From NCBI GenBank assembly GCA_900551855.1, contig URXM01000002.1:102290-166289 (forward strand): a DNA stretch of 64,000 nucleotides, read 5' to 3'. Position numbers and translations under genes: made by a program. The DNA is from an uncultured Eubacteriales bacterium. GTDB taxonomy: Bacteria > Bacillota > Clostridia > Christensenellales > UBA1242. Of this stretch, positions 1 through 8,710 are shown one piece after another; position 1 is the first letter of the stretch; each line of letters starts with the position of its first letter. The notes beneath the pieces were generated by a model, which saw only the letters and a list, made by a program, of their open reading frames with translations, was not told the origin of the DNA and did not search any database.

Positions 1-105
1 TTTATTGTTTCTGACAATGTTAAAGTTTCTTTGGTTAACAACATAGATACAGACTTTATGTATTCTGATCACAACCCAGTAAAAATGACATTTGTACTAG
101 AATAA
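1..105 (+). CDS. C-terminal fragment of an endonuclease/exonuclease/phosphatase (EEP) family protein; the gene starts upstream of the window
   Basis: Frame 1 is open from the window edge to TAA at 103-105. The tail ...DFMYSDHNPVKMTFVLE carries the C-terminal SDHxPV His motif typical of EEP/DNase I-like hydrolases. Confidence 0.5.
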   Translation, partial: FIVSDNVKVSLVNNIDTDFMYSDHNPVKMTFVLE

Positions 106-125
106 ACATTTCTTATTATATAAAC

Positions 126-165
126 AAAAAAGATAGTGAATTCAACTCGCTATCTTTTATTTTTA
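126..165. terminator. Hairpin terminator between convergent genes (member of the AAAGATAGYG...CRCTATCTTT family)
   Basis: AAAGATAGTGA (128-140) pairs with TCGCTATCTTT (147-158). It is flanked by an A-run and a T-run and lies between the EEP fragment (+) and folD (-). Confidence 0.6.
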
Positions 166-181
166 TCTAATATTTCTTTAA

Positions 182-1066
182 TCAATTATGTTCTTTTTTG
201 TCTTCTATATTTTTGCAATGTTCTTTCTCGTGCAAAATCAATGTGTTTTCCATTAAACAAGCCACAGTCAATGGTCCAACTCCACCAGGGACAGGGGTTA
301 TATAAGAGCATTTGTCTCTTACATTTTCAAAATCGACATCTCCAACAAGTCCACTTTCTGTTCTGTTTATACCTACATCAACAACAAAAGCCCCGTCTTT
401 TACATAATCACTGGTTATCATCTTTGGTTTTCCAACAGCAACAACCAAGACATCTGCATTTTTGCATTTTTCTTTCAAGTTTCTTGTATGACTATGACAA
501 TTTGTAACAGTTGCATTTTTGCTTTGAATCAATGTTGCAACACTTTTCCCAACAAGCAAACTTCTACCAATAACCACAACATCTTTGCCATCTAAATCAT
601 AGTTTTTGCTTTCAAAAATCTTCATAATTCCTGTTGAAGTGCAAGGTGCAATAGTTTGATCTCCAGAATAAAGTTTCCCTAAATTTTCATAAGTAAGACA
701 ATCAACATCTTTTTCAGGAACAATTGTATTTATGATTTCATCTCTGTCTTTGTCAAGATGTTTAGGTAGTGGTAATTGAACCAAAACACCTGACACATCT
801 TTGTCTTTGTTCAATTTCTCTAAAAATTCTACAAGAAATTTTTTTGTTGTATCTTCTGGAAATTGATAAATCAAAGATTTTATTCCACATTCTTCACAAG
901 CTTTTTTCTTTGAGTTTACATAAACTTTGCTTGCTTTGTCATCGCCTACAATTATGCAAACCAAACAAGGTGGCTGTTTACCTTTATCAAGAAATTTGGA
1001 AGAAACTTCTTCTCTTACCTTTTCTTTTATGCTTTTAGCCAACATTTTTCCATCAATAATTTCCAT
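182..1066 (-). CDS. folD: Bifunctional methylenetetrahydrofolate dehydrogenase/cyclohydrolase
   Basis: 294-aa ORF with FolD-type layout: N-terminal MEIIDGK..., Rossmann segment VVVIGRSLLVGKS, C-terminal TPVPGGVGPLT. Confidence 0.95.
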   Translation of the reverse strand: MEIIDGKMLAKSIKEKVREEVSSKFLDKGKQPPCLVCIIVGDDKASKVYVNSKKKACEECGIKSLIYQFPEDTTKKFLVEFLEKLNKDKDVSGVLVQLPLPKHLDKDRDEIINTIVPEKDVDCLTYENLGKLYSGDQTIAPCTSTGIMKIFESKNYDLDGKDVVVIGRSLLVGKSVATLIQSKNATVTNCHSHTRNLKEKCKNADVLVVAVGKPKMITSDYVKDGAFVVDVGINRTESGLVGDVDFENVRDKCSYITPVPGGVGPLTVACLMENTLILHEKEHCKNIEDKKEHN

Positions 1067-1165
1067 ACTATCTCTCCAATTTCATTCTACCATAATTGAC
1101 ATAAAATATCAACCAGAAACCTTTTGTTGTTGTTTTTCATATAAATAGAATTGAAAGGAGAAATT

Positions 1166-2197
1166 ATGGCAAATGACAATTATTACATAGGTGCAAATGA
1201 CGAACACGGCGTAAATCCACCAACAGCAGGAAAAAGAACTCCTGTTGTCCCTGGATTGAATAGACAAATATATGAAAACGAATTTAACAGAGCAGCAAAA
1301 AACAAATTTATTGAAGCTTGTTTAAGACAAGGCTTTTCTGTTTATGATGTAAAGCCAGAACTAAACGATATTTCAATAAGCACAAGAGTGACCAGAATAA
1401 ACAGACAAAATCTGACACTGCTTGTCACTTTTGCTTATAATGCTTTTGGCACAACTTTTAATTCTGCATCCGGTTTGGAAGTCTTTTATTCTCCATCAAA
1501 TCCAAAATCATCAGAAAGCAAACGCCTTGCAGAAGATTTGTATGCCGAACTTGTGCAAGGCACTTCACAAAACGGCAGAGGTGTAAAAACTTTGGATGTT
1601 GGAGTTTTATCAAATGTAAATTGTGTTTCTTCTTTGATTGAAGCGGGCTTTATGACAAATTTGCGAGAAGCACAACTTATGATCAATCCACTCTTTCAAA
1701 CTGAAGTAGGGGAGGAAGCTTGCCACGGCGTATGCAATTATTTGGGAGTAAGTTATCTTCCAAGAGACAATCTTTCAAACTATCCACTTTTGAGACGAAG
1801 TAGCAGCAACAACTTTGTTTTCTTGTTGCAATTCATATTAAATCAATTTGGATACAACCTTTCTGTTGATGGAATTTTTGGTGCTAACACAGAAAAAGCC
1901 GTTCGAGATTTTCAACAGAAAAATGGTTTATCTGTTGATGGATTGGTCGGACAAAACACTTGGAAAACTCTTCTAAATCTTCCTGATTATCCACTTCTTA
2001 AACGCGGATATTCTGGCTCTTATGTAAAATTTTTACAACAACTATTAGAAAGTTATCTTATCCCAGTTGGCACAATTGATGGGATCTTTGGGAGCAGAAC
2101 TGAAAATGCTGTAAAACAATTTCAACAAGAAAACAATTTGTCTGTTGATGGCATTGTAGGGAAAAACACCTGGAATGCTTTGACAACAAACCTTTAA
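1166..2197 (+). CDS. N-acetylmuramoyl-L-alanine amidase (Amidase_3-like) with two PG_binding_1 repeats and no signal peptide
   Basis: ATG at 1166 lies 6 nt after AAAGGAG; the track start at 1151 is TTG. Catalytic-region motif IEAGFMTN. Two C-terminal repeats of the form DGIFGxxTxxAVxxFQxxNxLSVDGxVGxNTW. Confidence 0.85.
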   Translation: MANDNYYIGANDEHGVNPPTAGKRTPVVPGLNRQIYENEFNRAAKNKFIEACLRQGFSVYDVKPELNDISISTRVTRINRQNLTLLVTFAYNAFGTTFNSASGLEVFYSPSNPKSSESKRLAEDLYAELVQGTSQNGRGVKTLDVGVLSNVNCVSSLIEAGFMTNLREAQLMINPLFQTEVGEEACHGVCNYLGVSYLPRDNLSNYPLLRRSSSNNFVFLLQFILNQFGYNLSVDGIFGANTEKAVRDFQQKNGLSVDGLVGQNTWKTLLNLPDYPLLKRGYSGSYVKFLQQLLESYLIPVGTIDGIFGSRTENAVKQFQQENNLSVDGIVGKNTWNALTTNL

Positions 2198-2224
2198 AAA
2201 AAGACGGTCACCCGTCTTCTTTTA
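2196..2224. terminator. Bidirectional rho-independent terminator
   Basis: AAGACGG (2201-2207) pairs with CCGTCTT (2212-2218) around loop TCAC, flanked by an A-run and a T-run, between the convergent amidase and yidC genes. Confidence 0.75.
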
Positions 2225-3595
2225 TTTATCTTTTCTTCTGTAATCAACTTCGATTACATCTTTTTCTTTTTTCTTCTTGCTTTCTGCTTCAAGCCATTTT
2301 CTTACAATCAAAGTTGTAAGTGGTGTAAGAGCAATCATAACAACTTGTCCAACAATCAAATAAATTGCAAACAAACTTGTGTACATAAATGTAAAGATAC
2401 CTATGATTATTGGCATAATGAAATACATCATTTTTCCACCAGCTTGTCCGTTTTGGGTTGCAGGTTGATCTTTCTTTTTCATCAATTTGTTTGAAAGCCA
2501 AATAGAAAGGAAAGATGTCACAATAGCAATAATTGTCAAAATGTAATAACCATTAAGTCCCAATTCTTTTGTATCAATTCCGGCAACAACATAATCAAAG
2601 ATTTGTCCTTCATAGTCATTTGCTTCTTCTTCAACTTTTTCTTCTTCGGTGTAATATTTAGACAAATAATTTGTTATTTCACTTTTTGTAAAGAGTGGAC
2701 TTGTTGGAGATTCTGCTTTATAAATGTTTTTAATCCACAAAAATCCTTCTTGTGTGTCAACATAATATTTTTCAACAGTTTCTTCTGCTAAAGTTTTGAA
2801 AACATCATTAAATCCTGTGTCAACATATTCAATAACTGGCTCTGTTGGTTGAATTTCTCCGCCTTCTTCTCCTTCTGCCAAACTTGTTGTTTCAGATGGT
2901 GTCTCTGTTGAAGGTTCTTCTGTAGGCTCTTCTTGTGGAACATTTATATATGTTTTCAACAATTCATATATATCTTGATTTGTCCAAGTGTTTTGATACT
3001 GAAATGATCTAACATCTGGAGCTTCATCCGGTCTAGTAATCACAATTTCAAGAGTGTTGTTTTCAAAATCTACATTTGCACTCAACTGATATTCTTGTCC
3101 TGCAAGATCATTGAGTGTTGACTTCAATCCTTCATCTTCGTTTAAAACTATAACATTTGCATAAAGACTTTTCATATTTTCATATTGATTTACAATGTTA
3201 TAATTTGAAACAGATTGCAAAGAATTCCACAAAGTCAAGAAAACTGTAAATTGAAGAATCATTGTTATGAGCATTGGCAAGCAACTGCTCATCATAGAAA
3301 ATTGATATTTTTTATAAATTTCGTTGGTCTTTTGCTGAACTAATCTTTGATCGTGTCCATACTTCTTTTGAATAGCTTCAAGTTCTGGTCTCATCTTGGC
3401 ATTGAGATTCATGTTTTTCATGTTTACTTTCTTGTTTATAACATCAACAAGAGCAAACAAAATTCTTACTATAAGCGCAAGTAAAATAACAGCCATTATA
3501 TATGTGCCAGTAGCACTCTTAAAGGCATTCAATATTGTTTCCCAAAAACCGGTAGGTTGGGATATAGTGACAAGCGCTGTGCTTATAAAATCCAT
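2222..3595 (-). CDS. yidC: Membrane protein insertase YidC/Oxa1 family with a greatly expanded extracytoplasmic loop
   Basis: TM helix, then cytoplasmic coiled coil (KMRPELEAIQKKYGHDQ...), TM (CLPMLITMILQF), FLWIKN motif and C-terminal TMs. It sits downstream of rnpA/yidD. At 457 aa it is much longer than the shorter Firmicute YidC proteins I recall. Confidence 0.9.
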   Translation of the reverse strand: MDFISTALVTISQPTGFWETILNAFKSATGTYIMAVILLALIVRILFALVDVINKKVNMKNMNLNAKMRPELEAIQKKYGHDQRLVQQKTNEIYKKYQFSMMSSCLPMLITMILQFTVFLTLWNSLQSVSNYNIVNQYENMKSLYANVIVLNEDEGLKSTLNDLAGQEYQLSANVDFENNTLEIVITRPDEAPDVRSFQYQNTWTNQDIYELLKTYINVPQEEPTEEPSTETPSETTSLAEGEEGGEIQPTEPVIEYVDTGFNDVFKTLAEETVEKYYVDTQEGFLWIKNIYKAESPTSPLFTKSEITNYLSKYYTEEEKVEEEANDYEGQIFDYVVAGIDTKELGLNGYYILTIIAIVTSFLSIWLSNKLMKKKDQPATQNGQAGGKMMYFIMPIIIGIFTFMYTSLFAIYLIVGQVVMIALTPLTTLIVRKWLEAESKKKKEKDVIEVDYRRKDK

Positions 3596-3855
3596 ATATG
3601 GTCTCCTTTTATATTTATAGGAACAGGGTCATACCCTCTTTTCTTTTGCCAAGGAACACATCTGAAAATTCTTTTTGTTCCAATCCAAAAACCTTTAAAA
3701 ACACCAAACTCTTCCACAGCTTTTATCATATAGTTTGAGCAGGTAGGTGTAAAAATGCAACTATGTGGCAGAATTGGTGAAATAAGATATTTGTATATAT
3801 AGACTGGAAATAAAAAAATTTTTTTAAGAATGTTTTTTGCTTTCATACTTTTCAA
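3583..3855 (-). CDS. yidD: Membrane protein insertion efficiency factor YidD
   Basis: Motifs YKYLISPILPHSCIFTPTCSNYMIKAVEEFG and RCVPWQKKRGYDPVP. It overlaps the rnpA end and the yidC start. The exact start is uncertain (ATG at 3855 or 3846). Confidence 0.85.
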   Translation of the reverse strand: MKSMKAKNILKKIFLFPVYIYKYLISPILPHSCIFTPTCSNYMIKAVEEFGVFKGFWIGTKRIFRCVPWQKKRGYDPVPINIKGDHIWIL

Positions 3856-4162
3856 ACAACTTTATCAATTCTTTTTTCAATTCTTCAAAAGACAAAGAAA
3901 CTGCATTTTCTTTTGCCAAAACAACACAGTTACAAAAAGAAGGAATTTGAATAAAAATCCTAGTGATTTCTCTCATCCTTCTTTTAAGCAAATTTCTTTT
4001 GTTGGCTTTTCCAAGTTTTTTGTTTATAGAAAATCCGATTCTATAATTTTCAAACTTGCTAGGCACTACAAACAAAACAAAATGTTCTGAGTGAACTCTC
4101 TCGCCTTTTTTGTATATATAACTGAACTGACTGTTTTTTTTAAGTCTATGATCCATTTTCAT
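3824..4162 (-). CDS. rnpA: Ribonuclease P protein component
   Basis: 112-aa basic protein (KKNSQFSYIYKKG..., KKLGKANKRNLLKRRMRE) immediately downstream of rpmH. Confidence 0.9.
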   Translation of the reverse strand: MKMDHRLKKNSQFSYIYKKGERVHSEHFVLFVVPSKFENYRIGFSINKKLGKANKRNLLKRRMREITRIFIQIPSFCNCVVLAKENAVSLSFEELKKELIKLFEKYESKKHS

Positions 4163-4163
4163 A

Positions 4164-4298
4164 CTAAGCAGAAATTACTTTTCTTCCTCTGTTTCTTCTT
4201 CTCTTCAAAACATTTCTTCCGCCTTTAGTTCTCATTCTTTCACGGAATCCATGAACTTTTTGTCTTTTTGTTTTCTTAGGTTGGTATGTTCTTTTCAT
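4164..4298 (-). CDS. rpmH: 50S ribosomal protein L34
   Basis: Not in the ORF track because it is under 60 aa. Hand translation of the reverse strand gives [44 protein letters not shown] followed by TAG, a canonical L34. Confidence 0.95.
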   Translation of the reverse strand: MKRTYQPKKTKRQKVHGFRERMRTKGGRNVLKRRRNRGRKVISA

Positions 4299-4353
4299 AA
4301 TTTTTTCTCCTTAATTTTCGTTTTTAATCCTATTGCAAAAAGGTTTACGCCTT

Positions 4354-4382
4354 ATTATATAAAATAAAATCCTTTTTGTCAA
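4354..4382 (-). promoter_or_regulatory. Sigma-70-type promoter for rpmH-rnpA-yidD-yidC
   Basis: Minus strand reads TTGACA (4382-4377), a 17-nt spacer, then TATAAT (4359-4354), about 55 nt upstream of the rpmH ATG. Confidence 0.6.
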
Positions 4383-4497
4383 CCGCAAATGAAAGCATTT
4401 TCAAACAAACTTTGTTTTTATTTCAATAAATTTGTCATATAAAAAAACGCATTTTTATCTCAAATTTTGTCATCTTTTTATTTTCACATATTTAACA

Positions 4498-4530
4498 ATA
4501 AAAAAATGCTTGAATAAATCAAGCAATTTT
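4498..4530 (-). terminator. Rho-independent terminator after dnaN
   Basis: TGCTTGA (4507-4513) pairs with TCAAGCA (4519-4525); a T-run follows on the minus strand. Confidence 0.6.
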
Positions 4531-4555
4531 TATATTTTTTTATTTAATTTTTCAA

Positions 4556-5656
4556 TTAACCAATCATTCTTACTGGCAAAATCAAATACAAGAATTCGTC
4601 TCCTTCAACTGGGACAATTACGCAAGGATTTGCAGGAGAATTGAAACAGATCTTTACAAACTCATCATTGTTTGCTTTCAAGTTTTCAATGAAGTATCTA
4701 GCATTGAAAGCGATCAAAAGTTCTTTTCCTGTCATGCTTACAGGCACATTTTCTTTTACATTTCCAAGTTCTGAATTTGATGTTATGCAAAGATTCTTTT
4801 CTTTGATTTCAAACTTAACGCAATTTCCTTGTCCAACTTTTGAAAGAAGAGAAGCTCTTTCAAGTGCATCTTCAAATTGTTCTTTGTTGATTACGCAAAC
4901 AGTTTCGTAGTTTGCAGCAATGATTTGTTTGTAGTTTACAAAATCACCTTCCAAAAGTCTTGTTGTGAGTTTTGTGTCTCCAAAGTCAACCATCAATGTG
5001 CTCTTGTCAACATAAACATTGATCATATCATCGCTGTCATCAAGAATTCTTGAAATTTCAGCCAAGCTCTTTGCAGGGATAACTATGCTCATTGTCAAAT
5101 TTGAAACGATGTTCTTTTTAACTTTTGCAAGTCTATAACCATCAAGGGCGATAGCATTCAAAACATTTTTGTCAATATCAAAAAGCACACCTTTCAAAAT
5201 TGGTCTAGAATCATCTACAGCAACAGAGAAAATTGTTTTGTTGATGATTGTTTTCAAATCTTTCTTTGCAATTCCAAAATATTGCATACTTTCAAGTTTT
5301 TTGAAACTTGGATATTCCAAAACATTATAACATTGAATAATACTTTGGCTGTCATCGTATTTGATGATCATTTGGTTCTTTTCGTTGAGTTCGAGTTCAA
5401 TCATTTCATTTGTAAGTTTTTTGATAAACTCAGTGATAAACTTTCCTGGCACAACAGCTTCACCTTCTGTTTTGATGTTGGCCTTGATTTTTTTCTCAAT
5501 TGAAAGTTCTGTATCAGTTGCACTCAATGTCAATGTGTCATCTTCTGCAACAATTTTGATCCCTTCCAAAATAGGATTTGTGATTTTGTTTGATATAGCT
5601 TTACTTACACTCAAGAAAGCATCTGAAAGTTCAATTCCGTGACAAGATACTAACAT
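4556..5656 (-). CDS. dnaN: DNA polymerase III beta sliding clamp
   Basis: 366-aa ORF with the three-domain clamp pattern (N-terminal ...SKAISNKITNPILEGIKI..., C-terminal ...LILPVRM), directly downstream of dnaA. Confidence 0.95.
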   Translation of the reverse strand: MLVSCHGIELSDAFLSVSKAISNKITNPILEGIKIVAEDDTLTLSATDTELSIEKKIKANIKTEGEAVVPGKFITEFIKKLTNEMIELELNEKNQMIIKYDDSQSIIQCYNVLEYPSFKKLESMQYFGIAKKDLKTIINKTIFSVAVDDSRPILKGVLFDIDKNVLNAIALDGYRLAKVKKNIVSNLTMSIVIPAKSLAEISRILDDSDDMINVYVDKSTLMVDFGDTKLTTRLLEGDFVNYKQIIAANYETVCVINKEQFEDALERASLLSKVGQGNCVKFEIKEKNLCITSNSELGNVKENVPVSMTGKELLIAFNARYFIENLKANNDEFVKICFNSPANPCVIVPVEGDEFLYLILPVRMIG

Positions 5657-5739
5657 TTTTTTCTCCTTTATTTTTTTTGAAAATCAACAAAAAACATTGA
5701 TTTTTATCATCTGTTAGTATTATATCACAGTCGCTTAAA

Positions 5740-6001
5740 AAAGTCAAAAATTATTTAATTTTTAATTATTTATTTTTTATTTTTTTCGCCCATGCGCACG
5801 CACTATAAAATATTTAATAATTTTTTATTTGAGTAATATCACTCTTAATAAGTCAGTGTGGAAATGTGCATAACTTTGAGTGAATTTATGAATTAACCAA
5901 CATATAGGTTTCAACTCTTTGTCAACAACACAATATAGACGATTTCCTGATCATTTTTGATTGTGGATAAGTTTGTGTATAAGTGAGAAAAGTTATACAC
6001 A
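5740..6001. other. Candidate oriC: DnaA-box cluster plus AT-rich unwinding region in the dnaA-dnaN spacer
   Basis: Perfect box TGTGGATAA at 5962-5970. One-mismatch boxes at 5865-5873 (TGTGCATAA), 5974-5982 (TGTGTATAA) and 5993-6001 (TTATACACA, opposite orientation). Two-mismatch box at 5857-5865. An almost pure A/T tract at about 5740-5788 abuts a small GC island, CGCCCATGCGCACGCAC. Confidence 0.65.
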
Positions 6002-6032
6002 ATAATTTTTTAATGTTGACAACTTTTCAAAA

Positions 6033-7379
6033 TTATAAAGTTAAAGAATTTTTTATTTCATTTACAAGAGTTTGAGTTTTCTTGTTGACTTTCAAATCTT
6101 GAGTAATTTTGTCTCTTGAATGCATAATAGTTGTGTGGTCTCTTCCACCAAAAATTTTGCCTATGTTGACAAGTGGAAGGTTTAAAAGTTCGCTGATAAG
6201 GTAGATTGCAATCATTCTTGGTTCTACAATATCTTTGCTCTTTTTCTTGCCAATTATGTCTTGATAAGAGATGTTGAAATAGTCGCAAACTACAGAAATA
6301 ATCTTGTCTGGAGTAAGATCATTTTTGAGTTCTTCTTTTTGATTTGAGAAAATATCTTTGACTTCTTCCATTGTGGCAACCTTCTTTCCAGAAAGTGTTG
6401 CAAGGAAGTAAACTTCAGAGAGTTTTCCTTCAAGTTCTCTTATGTTTGTGTCTATATGTTCGGCGATATAGTTTATTACATCATCTTCTGCGTAATATTT
6501 TTCAAGTTGACTCTTTTTGTGAAGAATAGCAATTCTTGTTTCAATATCAGGTTTTTGAATGTCGTGAATAAGTCCACTTGCAAATCTTGTTCTCAATCTG
6601 TCTTCCAAAGTTGCAATTTCCTTTGGTGGACGGTCAGAACAGATGATAACTTGCTTGTTACTTAAAGTCATTTCGTTGAATGTGTGGAAAAACTCTTCTT
6701 GAGTTTCTTTTTTGTTTGAGATAAATTGAATATCATCGACCATCAAAACATCAAGATTTCTATATTTTTCTCTAAATTCCATTATAGCTTTGTTTTTTGT
6801 AGGAGAATACAACGAAGAAATATAGTCATTTGTAAATTGTTCACAAGTGACATATTTGATGTTCAATTCTGGTTGATATTCTCTTATATAATTTCCAATA
6901 GCGTGCAAAAGGTGAGTTTTGCCTAGTCCGGAACTACCATAAATGAAAAGAGGATTGTATCTTTTTCCAGGGTGTTCTGCAACGGTTCTTGCTGCAGCAT
7001 AAACAAACTGATTGCTTTTTCCAACGACAAAGTTGTCGAAAGTAAATTTTTCAACAAAAGGATTTTTTTCTTCCTTATTTGAAACATTTTTCTCTTCAAC
7101 TCTGTTGTTTTTGAGATATTCAATTTCTTCATTAGGATCCAAAACGACAAGTTTTAATGGTTTTCCAACCACTTCAAAACAGCAATCATTGATTTTGTCA
7201 ATAAAATTTCTCAAAATTTGATTTTTTGCAGAAACTGATTGTGCTGCGATTATAAAATTATCTTTGTCATCTATTTCAATAGGTTTTATTGTTTTTATCC
7301 AAAGCATGAATGAAACTGATGAAATACGAAGTTCCAATTTTTCTAATACTTGTTGCCAAATGACACTTATCTCTTGCAT
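6033..7379 (-). CDS. dnaA: Chromosomal replication initiator protein DnaA
   Basis: Walker A GSSGLGKTHLLHAIGN, Walker B LMVDDIQF, C-terminal DNA-binding helix GGRDHTTIMHSRDKI. ATG at 7379 follows GGAG; the track start at 7391 is TTG. Confidence 0.97.
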   Translation of the reverse strand: MQEISVIWQQVLEKLELRISSVSFMLWIKTIKPIEIDDKDNFIIAAQSVSAKNQILRNFIDKINDCCFEVVGKPLKLVVLDPNEEIEYLKNNRVEEKNVSNKEEKNPFVEKFTFDNFVVGKSNQFVYAAARTVAEHPGKRYNPLFIYGSSGLGKTHLLHAIGNYIREYQPELNIKYVTCEQFTNDYISSLYSPTKNKAIMEFREKYRNLDVLMVDDIQFISNKKETQEEFFHTFNEMTLSNKQVIICSDRPPKEIATLEDRLRTRFASGLIHDIQKPDIETRIAILHKKSQLEKYYAEDDVINYIAEHIDTNIRELEGKLSEVYFLATLSGKKVATMEEVKDIFSNQKEELKNDLTPDKIISVVCDYFNISYQDIIGKKKSKDIVEPRMIAIYLISELLNLPLVNIGKIFGGRDHTTIMHSRDKITQDLKVNKKTQTLVNEIKNSLTL

Positions 7380-7520
7380 AATATTCTCCAAAAAAAATTA
7401 TAAAAATCTTACATTAAAATAGTCGGCAAAGATGCGATTTTTATACAAAAATTATAAGTTGCAAAAAATAAATTGTCAAGCAAGTTTGAAATATAAAAAT
7501 TTTGTGCTAAAATACATCTG

Positions 7521-8609
7521 ATGAAGATAGAATCACTTGCAATTAGAAATTTTAGAAATTACTCTGACCTTAGTGTAAAGTTTGATGACAAGGTCAATGT
7601 TTTTATAGGGAAAAATGCTCAAGGAAAGACCAATTTGCTTGAAAGCATTTTTTATTGTTGTATAGGCAAAAGTTTTAAATCTTGCAAGGATAAAGATTTG
7701 ATAAAGTGGGGAGAAGAAAATTCTTCTATCAAACTTGTTGCAAACAAAAAATATAGAGATGTAGAAATTGATATAAATCTTTTTAAAAGTCAAAAAAAGA
7801 GCATAAAAATAAACAAAACTCCTATTCGCAAGATTGGAGAACTTATTGGAGAAATAAATGTTGTGTTTTTCTCTCCGCAAGAATTGAAACTTGTCAGAGA
7901 AAGTCCAGACGAAAGAAGAAAATTTATGGACATTGATATATCTCAAAACAACAAAAGATATTTTTATCAACTGTCCAGATATGAAAAAATTTTGGCAAAC
8001 AGAAACAAACTTTTGAAAAATAGTCAATCAATTGAAACTGTCAAAGAGACTATCGACATTTGGGATAGGGCTCTTATAACTTCTGCAAAATTTATTGCTT
8101 TTGAAAGAAACAAATTTATCGAACAAATTATGCCATATTCACAAAAAGCACATTCTTATATAAGTGGTGGAAAAGAAAATTTGACATTGAAATATAAATG
8201 TGGTTGCGGAGTGAATTTGGACGAAAAATTTGAAACTTCAATGGATAAGTTGTTGAAAAAAAATCTTGAAAAAGATTACAAACTTGGTTACACAAGCATT
8301 GGAGTACACAGAGATGACATTGACATTTATCTAAACGATGTAGAAGTCAAAAATTTTGGTTCTCAAGGACAACAAAGGACTGTTGCACTTTCGCTCAAAC
8401 TTGCCGAGCTTGAAAATATGTTTAACATAAATGGAGAATATCCAATTTTGCTTCTTGATGATGTGTTTAGCGAACTTGACATAGACAGACAAAAAAGGTT
8501 GCTAAAGTTTGTTGACAGAACACAAACTTTCATCACTTGCACAGACGAAAGAAAAATTGAAGGTAAGTTGTATACAATTGTCGATGGAAAAATCTCAAAA
8601 ACGACTTAA
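7521..8609 (+). CDS. recF: DNA replication and repair protein RecF
   Basis: N-terminal ...LAIRNFRNY...GKNAQGKTNLLESI (Walker A), signature GSQGQQRT, Walker B ILLLDDVFSELD. Confidence 0.93.
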   Translation: MKIESLAIRNFRNYSDLSVKFDDKVNVFIGKNAQGKTNLLESIFYCCIGKSFKSCKDKDLIKWGEENSSIKLVANKKYRDVEIDINLFKSQKKSIKINKTPIRKIGELIGEINVVFFSPQELKLVRESPDERRKFMDIDISQNNKRYFYQLSRYEKILANRNKLLKNSQSIETVKETIDIWDRALITSAKFIAFERNKFIEQIMPYSQKAHSYISGGKENLTLKYKCGCGVNLDEKFETSMDKLLKKNLEKDYKLGYTSIGVHRDDIDIYLNDVEVKNFGSQGQQRTVALSLKLAELENMFNINGEYPILLLDDVFSELDIDRQKRLLKFVDRTQTFITCTDERKIEGKLYTIVDGKISKTT

Positions 8610-8646
8610 AATATGAAAAACTTGGTATTTTGAAAACTAATAAATG

Positions 8647-8675
8647 TTGATAAAAAGAGAAAAATATTATATAAT
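8647..8675 (+). promoter_or_regulatory. Sigma-70-type promoter upstream of the CvpA-like gene
   Basis: TTGATA (8647-8652), 17-nt spacer, TATAAT (8670-8675). Confidence 0.55.
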
Positions 8676-8710
8676 CAAAAAAATAAAACATATTTAAAAG
8701 GAGTCTAAAA

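Noticed and set aside
7392-7520. dnaA-recF spacer as the main DnaA-box cluster of oriC
   Set aside because: Only one 2-mismatch box (TTATACAAA, 7440-7448) is visible. The spacer is mostly taken up by promoter-like elements for the divergent genes. The convincing box cluster is in the dnaA-dnaN spacer instead.
7533-8027. 164-aa minus-strand ORF inside recF, plus similar long antisense ORFs at 136-507, 36927-37427, 38252-38650, 56203-56637 and 62468-63001
   Set aside because: Each lies fully within a confidently identified gene on the other strand. They have F/S/L/I/K-rich low-complexity composition and no RBS. Such shadow ORFs are expected in AT-rich genomes with few stop codons in antisense frames.
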